A stretch of DNA of 64,000 bases from NCBI GenBank assembly GCA_963666115.2, contig CAXXET010000006.1, positions 224,001 through 288,000 of the forward strand, in the 5' to 3' direction. Below the pieces are notes generated by a model. The model saw only the letters and a program-made list of their open reading frames with translations, was not told where the DNA came from and ran no database searches. A program made the translations under genes and the position numbers. Positions 18,849 to 27,548 of this stretch are shown here, piece after piece. How positions within the stretch are numbered: the stretch's first letter is position 1; each line of letters begins with the position of its first letter. Source of the DNA: Dehalococcoidia bacterium (GTDB taxonomy: Bacteria; Chloroflexota; Dehalococcoidia; UBA6926).

Positions 18849-20747
18849 CTACTTCATACGGATACGAGCGTAGCCGAGCAAATCCACTCTGCGTCCAAAG
18901 AAAGGCTCCCTGCCTCCGTCCTGGAATCCCCAAACGCTAACGACATAGCCGGATGGGCTTTTCAGGTTCTCAGGGAACTGGAATATCACGCTGAAAGTTC
19001 TCCCCTCGATCAGATATTCGGCGGCAACGGTGTCACCTGAGTCATCAACGTCCCAGCTTGAACCATCATCGAGCGCGGGCAGGATACTGCCAACGTAACT
19101 GCCTGTCTCTGCCGTATGGAGCGTGTAGTTTGTGTAGCCACCTTGTTGTGCATACTCAAGCGTTTCCTTAGAGAGCACTGCGTCATCTAGCAGAGTCCCG
19201 CGGAACGTGACCGAATCGCCATCGTAGGTTGGGTGCTCATCCCACTGAATGAGGCGATGGCTTAGCCTCCCGATGCCCTCGTCAAAGGGACGGTTCTCCG
19301 GGGCGTTTAGTTTGCCAGACCAGTGTTTCTCCACAATGTCGGCTGATTGCGGAAAGGCTTGCCGGACCTCGTGAATGCCTGCGTCCCTGTCTTCCTCGCC
19401 TGCCACGAGGGACAGTCGATACAGCTCGCGCAGTCCCCTGTGGAATTCGTTGCTGCCTAGATCCTCCAACAGATCCAGAAAGAGCGCTTGTCCCAGAAAG
19501 TAGTTGCACAGAAATTGGGGGGTCTGTTGGGTGGGTTGCTGCTGCGTCAGCATCTGCAAGTCGTGCGCTTCGCATTGCCTCCGAGAGGGTGTCGATAACA
19601 GTCCCGGACTCATCCCAGATTCGATACCGTGCATGAACTCGAAAGTATCGGCCACGCCTTCGTCAAGCCAGTCAGCGCTTCCCCTCCAGAAATAGTGTGA
19701 GATCTCGTGAAGAATGAGTTGTGATAGACGATACTTGTCGAAATCTCTCGCCCCCTCCTCGATCCGTGGAAGACCGCTTATGGCAAAGCCGAAATTGGTG
19801 CCTGCGAACTCATCGAGAACGGCAGCGTCATTGATGATGAGGATCACGTGACTGACCGGCAACGGCCTAGCCATTATTCGCTCGGCGTACTCCACAGCGT
19901 CCCTGATCATGTGGCGCGTCCAGTGCTGGGGCGGTCCTTCGGCGCGGACAATGCTGATTTTTAGGTCGGGTGACAATTCCGTCGGACTCTCAAAAGTCTT
20001 GATGTAAACATATCCCGGTATCAGCAGCCTACGCAGTGTCACTGCATCGTCCACCGTGCTCACTGCCGCGACTAAGGTGGTCTGGTCGTCGACGATTCCT
20101 CCACTAAGCGTAGGGTGTTCCAATAGTGAAGACAGCAGGCGGTCGTCTGAGAGTCTTGCCAAACGATAAATGCCCTGGAGAGCAAGCACGTCGTCGGATT
20201 CCAGGGATTCCAAGAACGGCATTCCGATTATGGCGCCGGCTTCAGCGCCATGGTAATAGGCTATCCAACTCATCCATTCAAGCGCATCAGCCTCAGCAGC
20301 GGTGATGTCATCCTGAATCCAGGCGAGGCCCAAGGCTGTGCTTAGGCCGGCGATTTCCCTTTTCCCAATGTAAGTCAGATGTGCAATGGCATGGCGCTCA
20401 AATTCTGAAAGATCATCTTGCGCCCACGGCAGCCCATCCATATTCGTGTACAGTGCAGGATGTTCATGCCGCAGCCACTGGGTGTCCGGTGTGACATATC
20501 GCCCCAACGGGCTGGGCGTTGGTGTAATCGTCGGCGTTGCCGTCGGCGTTGCCGTCGGTGTTGCCGTCGGTGTTGCCGTTGGGGTGGGCGTCGATGTAGG
20601 GCTTGGTTCAGGCGTTGCGGTAGGCGTGGACGTCGCTGTGTGCGTCGCGACAGGCTCCACTACAGGTTCGGCGCTCTCACAGCCGTAGCCGCTAAGCCCT
20701 GCGGCAAGGATGCAGAGGCCAACGAACAATATAGAGGCTTTGAGCAC
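18849..20747 (-). CDS. Lipoprotein with gluzincin-type (M1/MA-like) zinc-metallopeptidase motif
   Basis: Lipobox-like GYGC, PTAT tandem linker, HEISH...WLDEG.A. Confidence 0.75.
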   Translation of the reverse strand: MLKASILFVGLCILAAGLSGYGCESAEPVVEPVATHTATSTPTATPEPSPTSTPTPTATPTATPTATPTATPTITPTPSPLGRYVTPDTQWLRHEHPALYTNMDGLPWAQDDLSEFERHAIAHLTYIGKREIAGLSTALGLAWIQDDITAAEADALEWMSWIAYYHGAEAGAIIGMPFLESLESDDVLALQGIYRLARLSDDRLLSSLLEHPTLSGGIVDDQTTLVAAVSTVDDAVTLRRLLIPGYVYIKTFESPTELSPDLKISIVRAEGPPQHWTRHMIRDAVEYAERIMARPLPVSHVILIINDAAVLDEFAGTNFGFAISGLPRIEEGARDFDKYRLSQLILHEISHYFWRGSADWLDEGVADTFEFMHGIESGMSPGLLSTPSRRQCEAHDLQMLTQQQPTQQTPQFLCNYFLGQALFLDLLEDLGSNEFHRGLRELYRLSLVAGEEDRDAGIHEVRQAFPQSADIVEKHWSGKLNAPENRPFDEGIGRLSHRLIQWDEHPTYDGDSVTFRGTLLDDAVLSKETLEYAQQGGYTNYTLHTAETGSYVGSILPALDDGSSWDVDDSGDTVAAEYLIEGRTFSVIFQFPENLKSPSGYVVSVWGFQDGGREPFFGRRVDLLGYARIRMK

Positions 20748-20944
20748 TAGTTCCCTCCCCGCAGCATGAAAGCACCGTGGCGCATCACTCCGCCCATATT
20801 ATCCCCATTACTATCTACCTTGATCATGCGCTCACCACGCCCGTCGTCATCATCGTGTATGTCAATAACGAGACGGGCACGCTTACTGCCACAGGGTAGA
20901 GGGACTCTGGGTTTCCTCTTTCGCGGGAAAAACGAGGCGGGGCG

Positions 20945-20970
20945 CCCTTCGACAGGCTCAGGGTGAACGG
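20945..20970. repeat. CCCTTCGACA(G/A)GCTCAGGGTGAACGG repeat
   Basis: Matches 51385-51434; a degenerate ATTCCC-type repeat lies just upstream at about 20909-20933. Confidence 0.75.
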
Positions 20971-20984
20971 GGGCGCGGCTAACT

Positions 20985-21029
20985 GTGGCACTGAATTCGC
21001 TGCGATTGAAAGAGTTTAGGGGGAGGTGA
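20985..21029 (+). repeat. Degenerate duplicate of the last 45 bp of copA
   Basis: 34/45 ungapped identity to 18728-18772; translates VALNSLRLKEFRGR* versus [14 protein letters not shown]. Confidence 0.75.
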
Positions 21030-22776
21030 GAGGCGAATCTGGCAGCTTGCCGCCGTTGATGTGGAAGTCGATGGAAAACAGTTCCAAGTTGGAGGCTCCC
21101 AGATGACGCGCCATTCGCCGGTACTTCCTGGCCCGCTGACCGTAACCGAGTTTACCGGCGGAGATGGCAGAGAGCATTGCTAGAATCCGGCTCTCAGGCT
21201 CGTAGGCCAGTCCTTTCTCGAAAGCCTCAAGCGCTTCAGAGTCCTTACCTAAGGCGTCGTAGCAGAAGCCAACCGCTGTCCAGTATTCCGAGTCCTGCTG
21301 AACTTTTTCCGGCTGAAGTCGCGTAGATTCAATGGCAATTAGGTGATCAAGGGCCTCCTGATGCTGGCCGTCCTCGATAAGGACGAAACCAATGGTGGTC
21401 CACGGCGCGAGCCATTCCGGCGCCAACTCTGCGGCCAGCCGCAGTTCATCCAGGCCCCTCCGCATCAATGCTGCATCGCCTGTCCTTGCGCCGATGCCTC
21501 CCAGGTGCGATCCAAGTGTGAAGTGATAGGCCGGGTCTGTTGGGTCGAGCTGGACCGCTCTTTCAAGCAGCGCCAGCGCCTCAGACAGCTTTCCTTCCAT
21601 CACTGCGAGTTCCGTTGCGCGCTCGTGCAAGTCGTACGCTTTGGGATTCGAGACGCCCCACGCATCCATGTGCCACTTACGCACGGAATCCGTCATGGAT
21701 GACACTTCCGATTGACGAATGTGGTGGGTGATCTTCTGGACTCGTGTTTCCCAACTGACGGAGTCTGCTGCCGCCAGATCAAGTTTCCATTCTGGGTCTT
21801 CTTCCTGCTTGGCAATATATTGAACGAGCAGCTTCCCAAGTGGGATACCTGTGCCACTGAGGACGAGATCCATGAGAGCCTTTGTGCTATCTGGCTCTCG
21901 CGAAATCTTGCCGAGCCCGTGGAACGACAATTCGGAGTAGCGTCGCAAGTGAGCGACGATCTCATTGGTCTGTTCTGTTCCAATGATGCTCTGGACAAGC
22001 TCAACCATGTCGCTTAGCCAATAGAATTGGCGTAGACGACCGAGCATGAACCTTTCATATTCGCGGCCTATCACTTTCGCCATGGCCGAGGCGATGGTCT
22101 TTAGGTTAGCGTCACTTGGGCGGGCACCGTCGTAGAGCCATCCCGCCACAGTGTTCTTATCCACACCGGTTGCTTCCACAAACCCCTCTACGGTGAGCAA
22201 CTCGTAAGAAAGAGAATCCTGGTTGGCCTTCTGATCCCTCTTGACGTCTCGCCTCATCCAGTTCAAAAGGGCGCCTCGCTTGGAACGATCAAGGTATTCC
22301 ATGCTTTCCAGGTCGCCTAGTGGTATGTCGAGGACACGCATTCCGGCCCCGATGCGAACTGCTATATCGATGGCCGCGAGCCGTATGTATGCTGCCCAGA
22401 CGACGGGCAGATTAGCGCGGTCTACGATTCCAGCGCGGCGGCGCATCTTGGCGACAAACTCGTCCCATCCCCGAACATTGAATTTGAGGGCAAATATCAC
22501 CCTCTCAATGGCGGCATCGCCAGCCTCTTGGGCAGCCGGGATCAGGCCCGTTTCAATCAGAACCCGAGCAAGAGCGCGAAAGATTTCTTCCAGACTGGAG
22601 TCCTTGAGTCCTGCTCCACCTCCTGCGCCCCTAAAGTAACGCTGGGCGTTCTTTGTGCTAAGCGCAGGCTCCTTGATGCCAAGTCGTCGGACAATCGCGC
22701 CGATGACTTGCCCGCTAGTCGGCGGAACCGGCGCAACATCCTCGTACTTGGTCCTTCTGGGCTCGTCACCAGTCAT
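21016..22776 (-). CDS. XRE-type HTH + TPR-repeat protein, viperin partner
   Basis: LTVEGFVEATGVDKNTVAGWLYDGARPSDANLKTIA (HTH); C-terminal TPRs (EALALLERAVQLDPTDPAYHFTLG, EALEAFEKGLAYEP); ATG overlaps the viperin 3' end by 11 bp. Confidence 0.8.
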   Translation of the reverse strand: MTGDEPRRTKYEDVAPVPPTSGQVIGAIVRRLGIKEPALSTKNAQRYFRGAGGGAGLKDSSLEEIFRALARVLIETGLIPAAQEAGDAAIERVIFALKFNVRGWDEFVAKMRRRAGIVDRANLPVVWAAYIRLAAIDIAVRIGAGMRVLDIPLGDLESMEYLDRSKRGALLNWMRRDVKRDQKANQDSLSYELLTVEGFVEATGVDKNTVAGWLYDGARPSDANLKTIASAMAKVIGREYERFMLGRLRQFYWLSDMVELVQSIIGTEQTNEIVAHLRRYSELSFHGLGKISREPDSTKALMDLVLSGTGIPLGKLLVQYIAKQEEDPEWKLDLAAADSVSWETRVQKITHHIRQSEVSSMTDSVRKWHMDAWGVSNPKAYDLHERATELAVMEGKLSEALALLERAVQLDPTDPAYHFTLGSHLGGIGARTGDAALMRRGLDELRLAAELAPEWLAPWTTIGFVLIEDGQHQEALDHLIAIESTRLQPEKVQQDSEYWTAVGFCYDALGKDSEALEAFEKGLAYEPESRILAMLSAISAGKLGYGQRARKYRRMARHLGASNLELFSIDFHINGGKLPDSPLTSP

Positions 22777-23638
22777 ACTGGCCTCCGCGTTTTATGAACC
22801 TCTCCACATCCACCTGAACCTGTGACAGCGCCGCCTCCACGCCCACCTCCAAGATGGATTGCTCGCTGTAGAGCAGTGTTCCGGCTGTGTTGTCGAAGAA
22901 GCGGCCGGCGGGGTCTACCATGACGTAGCTGCCGGTCATCATGGCGTTGGATTCGGGGACGACTTTGATGCCCTCGGACTCCAGGTGGCGGTGGCGGGCG
23001 ACGTAGGTATCGAAGTCCTCGGCGGTGACGGTGAGGTTGCCGAGGGTGTCGTCGTTTTGGCCGTCTATGGGGAGGACCTGGAAGATCTTCCAGCGCTCCG
23101 GCCTCGCCCAGCGGATGAACTCCGTCATGTCCTCGTCCTTGTTCGCGTGCGTGACGACCGTGTTTATCTTGAGGCGGAAGCCGCGTTCCCGCGCCAATTC
23201 GACAAGGCCATGATATTCGCTCTCGTTGAGCGGCCCCTGCCTGAGCGTTCGGCCTGTCCTGGCGTTGACTGCCGTGTCGAGCGAATCGATGCTGAGGGTC
23301 ACCCAATCGAGCGTTCCGGTCAATTCGTCAAGGTAGTCGGCACGGAGCCTCGTGCCGTTGGTGACGATTGACGTGGTCATGCCGTGCTCCTTGCCCTGCC
23401 GGATCAAGTCTGGCAGCCAGGGGCAGAGGGTCGGCTCGCCGCCCGCGAAGGTGATTTTCTCGAATCCGGCCTGCGCCAGGCGCTCTACAACGGCGAGCGT
23501 GTCTTCGCGGGGCAGGTGGCCCTTGGGGAGTCGATCTGCCTTCACGTCCTCAAACTTGGCGAAGCAGAAGTTGCAGCCCATGTTGCATGGCTTCCAGAGG
23601 TGGTAGTTCACGGACGGTATTGGTGGTCGGTCTGTCAT
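22766..23638 (-). CDS. pVip: Prokaryotic viperin (RSAD2-family antiviral radical SAM enzyme)
   Basis: SVNYHLWKPCNMGCNFCF (CxxxCxxC), KITFAGGEP, SIDS, KINTVV, RWKIFQVL..GQND, ESN..M.GSY.MVDP.GRF, C-terminal F..RGG.Y.W; RBS AGGGAGG. Confidence 0.95.
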   Translation of the reverse strand: MTDRPPIPSVNYHLWKPCNMGCNFCFAKFEDVKADRLPKGHLPREDTLAVVERLAQAGFEKITFAGGEPTLCPWLPDLIRQGKEHGMTTSIVTNGTRLRADYLDELTGTLDWVTLSIDSLDTAVNARTGRTLRQGPLNESEYHGLVELARERGFRLKINTVVTHANKDEDMTEFIRWARPERWKIFQVLPIDGQNDDTLGNLTVTAEDFDTYVARHRHLESEGIKVVPESNAMMTGSYVMVDPAGRFFDNTAGTLLYSEQSILEVGVEAALSQVQVDVERFIKRGGQYDW

Positions 23639-23811
23639 GTATGCCTCCCTTGTAGTATTGCTCATGCATCCATGATTCATCGCGAGCAGCAGGGAGTCAG
23701 CACCAGTTTGGTGGACAAAAAGCCTCAGCCGACTCGGTTCGTGCGTTAAGATGGTTGAGGTTGCGGAAGAGGGAGGGCCTTGGGGCGCGCGGCGAGCGAG
23801 GGGGCTGAGCG

Positions 23812-24018
23812 ATGGTTAGCAAGTTTTTGGGGTTTATGAAGAAGGAGGAGCCGGAGGAGGACCCGGTGTGCCATATGATGGTCAGCCCGAGCAGGCCGCC
23901 GGGCGGATCGTATGAGTACGAGGGGACGACGTACTATTTCTGCGGGCCGGGGTGCCGCGTCGCGTTCTCCAAGGAGCCGGAGGCGTACCTGAGCGGCGAG
24001 AAGCGCATGGACATGTGA
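23812..24018 (+). CDS. YHS/TRASH domain protein
   Basis: DPVCHMMV...[24 protein letters not shown]. Confidence 0.92.
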   Translation: MVSKFLGFMKKEEPEEDPVCHMMVSPSRPPGGSYEYEGTTYYFCGPGCRVAFSKEPEAYLSGEKRMDM

Positions 24019-24028
24019 CGATTTGACC

Positions 24029-25498
24029 ATGCAATCGGATACTCGCCGCCTGGCCAGAGCCTGGCTTTGGTTTGCAGGGATACTGGCTATCGCGCTGGTT
24101 GGCGCGGCGTGCGATGACTTCACGCCGGGGCCGGCAGAATCGCCGATTCCGCCGGCTCCCACTCCAGTCGTCGAGTTGGCGCCGACTGAGACGCCAACGC
24201 CAACAGCCACCCCGCTGCCGACGCCGACGCCAACCGCCGTCCCGCCAACGCCTGTGACGGTTCCGGTCGAACAGTCATGCGCGCTGGAGCCGCCGGAGCC
24301 CGATCATCCGACTCTTTCGGCACGTGATGAGGCCTGGCGTTTCCTGTTTGATTTGACGCGGGAGTTCAGTCCTCGTGAGAGCGCGACGGACGAGGAATAC
24401 GCGGCGGGAGAGGAGCTGAACTGCCTGCTCACGGAGATGGGTTATGTCACTGAGTTCCAGCGCTTCGGGCGGCTGGCGAACGTCGTATCCTCGGTCATTG
24501 TCGTTTCGGATGCGCCGCCCGGCCTAGAGGCGATCCAATCACTGCCAATCCAGGGTTCCTTTGAGGGAGAGATGATCGGCGAGCTGGTTTTTGTCGGGTT
24601 CGCGCTGCCGGAGGACGTTGGAGACCAGCGGCTCGATGGCAAGGTCGCGCTGATCGAACGCGGGGAGATCTCATTCCAGGAGAAGGCGGCGCGGGTTGAG
24701 GCTGCGGGCGCGGTTGGCGCGGTCATCTTCAATCGAGAAGACGAGCTGTTCCAGGGCGTGATGGTCAACAGAGACGTCCCGACTATTCCGGCTGTTGGGA
24801 TCAGCCGCGGGGATGGCCTCGCGCTGCGGGAGGCCATTGAAAGCGGCGGCCTGGAGGTGAATGTGGGCGTCAGGAACATCTATGAGCCCTCGCGCAACCT
24901 GATTGCCGAACTACCCGGCGGGCCGGGGAGGCAAGGAGTTGTCATCCTCGGCGCCCACTATGACACCGTGCATTTCACGGAGGGGGCGAATGACAACGGC
25001 TCCGGCCTGACGGCGCTCATGGCAATCGCCAACCGGATCATCGGCACCGAGTATCCGTTCACGGTGCGGCTGGTCCTGTTCGGATCAGAAGAGGTTGGGC
25101 TGCTCGGCAGCAAGCACTATGTGGAGCAACTGACGGAGGAGGAACGGGACGAGATCATCGCCATGATCAACTTCGACTCGGCCGGCACAGGGGTCACACT
25201 GGAATCGTGGGGGCATTTGGAATTGACGGGGGCGGCCGCGGCGTATGCGGCGAACGGGGATATTGCGTTCTCGCCGACGCTGACGAGGGGGCTATCGAGC
25301 AGTGATCACCGGCCCTTCCACGAGGCAGGAATTCCGGCCATCATCATCACAGCCGATGATATTTCACGCATCAACTCATCGCGCGACACCCTGGATTTCG
25401 TGGACGCGCAACTGATTGCGTGGGCGGCGGACATCGGCATCGGTCTCCTGGATCACCTTGCCGAGACGGCTTTGAGCACGGACCAAAGGCAGCGGTGA
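24029..25498 (+). CDS. M28 family aminopeptidase with PA domain, lipoprotein
   Basis: Lipobox GAAC; GKVALIERG (PA); GAHYD, GANDNGSG, GSEEVGLLGS, NFD, SSDH.PF. Confidence 0.92.
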   Translation: MQSDTRRLARAWLWFAGILAIALVGAACDDFTPGPAESPIPPAPTPVVELAPTETPTPTATPLPTPTPTAVPPTPVTVPVEQSCALEPPEPDHPTLSARDEAWRFLFDLTREFSPRESATDEEYAAGEELNCLLTEMGYVTEFQRFGRLANVVSSVIVVSDAPPGLEAIQSLPIQGSFEGEMIGELVFVGFALPEDVGDQRLDGKVALIERGEISFQEKAARVEAAGAVGAVIFNREDELFQGVMVNRDVPTIPAVGISRGDGLALREAIESGGLEVNVGVRNIYEPSRNLIAELPGGPGRQGVVILGAHYDTVHFTEGANDNGSGLTALMAIANRIIGTEYPFTVRLVLFGSEEVGLLGSKHYVEQLTEEERDEIIAMINFDSAGTGVTLESWGHLELTGAAAAYAANGDIAFSPTLTRGLSSSDHRPFHEAGIPAIIITADDISRINSSRDTLDFVDAQLIAWAADIGIGLLDHLAETALSTDQRQR

Positions 25499-25593
25499 AC
25501 TGCCACGCGATGCCGCTTGCACATTGAGGGTTTGGCGTCTAGGGTAGTGGCGTATACAGCGCGATACGGAAATAGCTCAGAAAGGGGAGAGCT

Positions 25594-26340
25594 ATGACGA
25601 GCGAGGACCGGGCTGCACGAAGAACCAGGGCGGCAGGGCTGGCCTTTATGATCGGCATTTTGATGTCGATGATTGCGTCATTCCTGTATCCGGGCGGATT
25701 TGTGATCGAGTACACGGACCCGGGGGACTACGCGGCATCGGTCGCGGTGCTGTCGGACTACGCAAACCTGGGGCACGTGATAACGACGGTGTCCATCATC
25801 GGGATGCTGCTGATGATCGGGGCCGTGATTCGCCTCTACAATCTGCCTGAAGTCGATCAGCCGATGGCCCGTCCCTTGCTCCGGTTCGGCATCATCCTGA
25901 CGGTGATCCAGTGGGTCATCGTCTTGCTCGGATACGGAGAGCGTCATCTCCTCCTGCACCTGCTTCAGCGCAGTGAATCAGGCACTCTCAGCGCGGACGT
26001 GCTGGCGCTATTTGAGCCGCTGATCATCGGCGCGTACGCGGACATGGTTGGCGGATTCCTGATGTTCCTGTTCATCCTCCCGTTCGCCTCATCCCTGATG
26101 GGCCTGGGGCTGGCGCAACGGTTCCAGGAGATGGACATCTACAAGATCGCCAGCTATGCGCTGGTGCTGGTCGGGGTCGTGGGATTCGTGATCATCATGG
26201 CGGCGATGCACATGCCGGAAATGGACATGCAGACGCTGCTGATCATCAACAACCTGAACCTGACGGTGGGCGCGGCGGCGCTGTTCAACATCGGCCTGGG
26301 CATGTACCGGGGGCGGAGCGAGCTTTCGCCGGAGGAATAG
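25594..26340 (+). CDS. Hypothetical membrane protein (about 6 TM)
   Basis: RBS AAGGGGAG; six hydrophobic segments. Confidence 0.75.
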   Translation: MTSEDRAARRTRAAGLAFMIGILMSMIASFLYPGGFVIEYTDPGDYAASVAVLSDYANLGHVITTVSIIGMLLMIGAVIRLYNLPEVDQPMARPLLRFGIILTVIQWVIVLLGYGERHLLLHLLQRSESGTLSADVLALFEPLIIGAYADMVGGFLMFLFILPFASSLMGLGLAQRFQEMDIYKIASYALVLVGVVGFVIIMAAMHMPEMDMQTLLIINNLNLTVGAAALFNIGLGMYRGRSELSPEE

Positions 26341-26553
26341 GCAACTCTCCGAGGAGAATCGGGGTTGACCTGCGCCGCCCACTGTCATTTTGAAGGGTGC
26401 GCGGCGGAGGGAAGAAGCCCACGGGAGATTCTCTGGCGCGCGCAGAATGAGAGTTAGTCGCACTCAATTTCTTTAGCAGACGGAGAATTAGCCGTATACT
26501 GGGAGTAGTGTCCGGGCAGAAAATGAGATGATGTCTCAATACTTGGCTAGTGG

Positions 26554-27144
26554 GTGAGCAGCATGATCGGCAGATTCAATCCGATCCTCGTCGTCGTCCC
26601 CGTGCTGATCATCGTCTTTGGCGTGCTGGTGTTCGTGATTGCCCGACCCAGCGAGGCGCATGAGCCAACAGTCGGTCTGACGGCGGTGGCGGAACTGGAG
26701 TCTCCGGAGGGTGATGTTGTCGGAACAGTTCGATTCCAGCAGGCATCGACCGGCGTTCTGATCATGGCGGACGTGACGGGACTGGCCCCTGGAGGCCATG
26801 CCTTCATCATTCACGAGGTTGGGTCATGCGCGCCCGACTTTAGCGCGGCAGGTGATCACTTCAACCCTAGCGATGCGGAGCACGGCTTGATCCACCCCGT
26901 CTGGGCCGGCGGAGGAGGGACCGGAGGGCACGGTGGCGACCTGCCAAATATCTACGCCGCTTCTGACGGTTCTGCCCGCGCAGACTTCTTTACCGTTGGC
27001 GTCACGCTAGACAGCGACCTGCGACATTCGGTGTTCGACAGCGACGGCTCGGCTATCATCGTGCACGAGAAGCCTGACGCCTACGGCGAGGAGGAATCCG
27101 ACACCGGCGCACGCGTCGCTTGCGGAGTGATTCGGCTCAAGTAG
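26554..27144 (+). CDS. sodC: Cu/Zn superoxide dismutase family protein, membrane-anchored, first Cu ligand substituted
   Basis: GHAFIIHE.G.C, AAGDHFNP, HGGDLPN, AIIVHEKPD, GARVACG. Confidence 0.88.
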   Translation: MSSMIGRFNPILVVVPVLIIVFGVLVFVIARPSEAHEPTVGLTAVAELESPEGDVVGTVRFQQASTGVLIMADVTGLAPGGHAFIIHEVGSCAPDFSAAGDHFNPSDAEHGLIHPVWAGGGGTGGHGGDLPNIYAASDGSARADFFTVGVTLDSDLRHSVFDSDGSAIIVHEKPDAYGEEESDTGARVACGVIRLK

Positions 27145-27154
27145 GGCGATTCGG

Positions 27155-27508
27155 TTAGAGGGTCAGGTCCAAGTGGACGAGGGTCTTGTTGCGGGGGTCT
27201 ACCGTTAGTGCGAAGGCTTCCAGGGTGAACGCGCCAAGCAACGGCGCGGCATCGTCCGGGCCGAAGGCGACAGGCGTGGTTCTTTGGCGTCCGTCGTAGC
27301 GAATCACCGCCTCTGCGACGTCCAGTTCCACGCGCCTGCCGTCTGCCAGCACAAACCATTCCGTCCATTGGGGCGTGACGCCCAAGTCATGGAGCAGATT
27401 CGTTGGCACGAGGGTATAGAACGCGCCGGTGTCGACGAGCGCGTCCAGCGTTAGTGAACGCTCGGCCTCTCGATCCAGCACTTCGATGTCTACGCTGAAC
27501 GTGCTCAA
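27155..27508 (-). CDS. Retropepsin-like (clan AA) aspartyl protease
   Basis: ALVDTGA, LADG, PLLG..TLE motifs. Confidence 0.85.
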   Translation of the reverse strand: MSTFSVDIEVLDREAERSLTLDALVDTGAFYTLVPTNLLHDLGVTPQWTEWFVLADGRRVELDVAEAVIRYDGRQRTTPVAFGPDDAAPLLGAFTLEAFALTVDPRNKTLVHLDLTL

Positions 27509-27548
27509 CGTCGCAATGTCCTCCTAGCCTGCCCGTCAGTATACGTCT

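Noticed and set aside
20510-20650. 12-bp tandem repeats (GTTGCCGTCGGC) as a possible CRISPR array or VNTR
   Set aside because: They encode the PTAT lipoprotein linker; there are no spacers and no cas genes
22766-23638. MoaA or generic radical SAM enzyme
   Set aside because: Lacks the C-terminal MoaA Cys cluster and carries viperin-specific SVNYH, RWK.FQ and RGG.Y.W motifs
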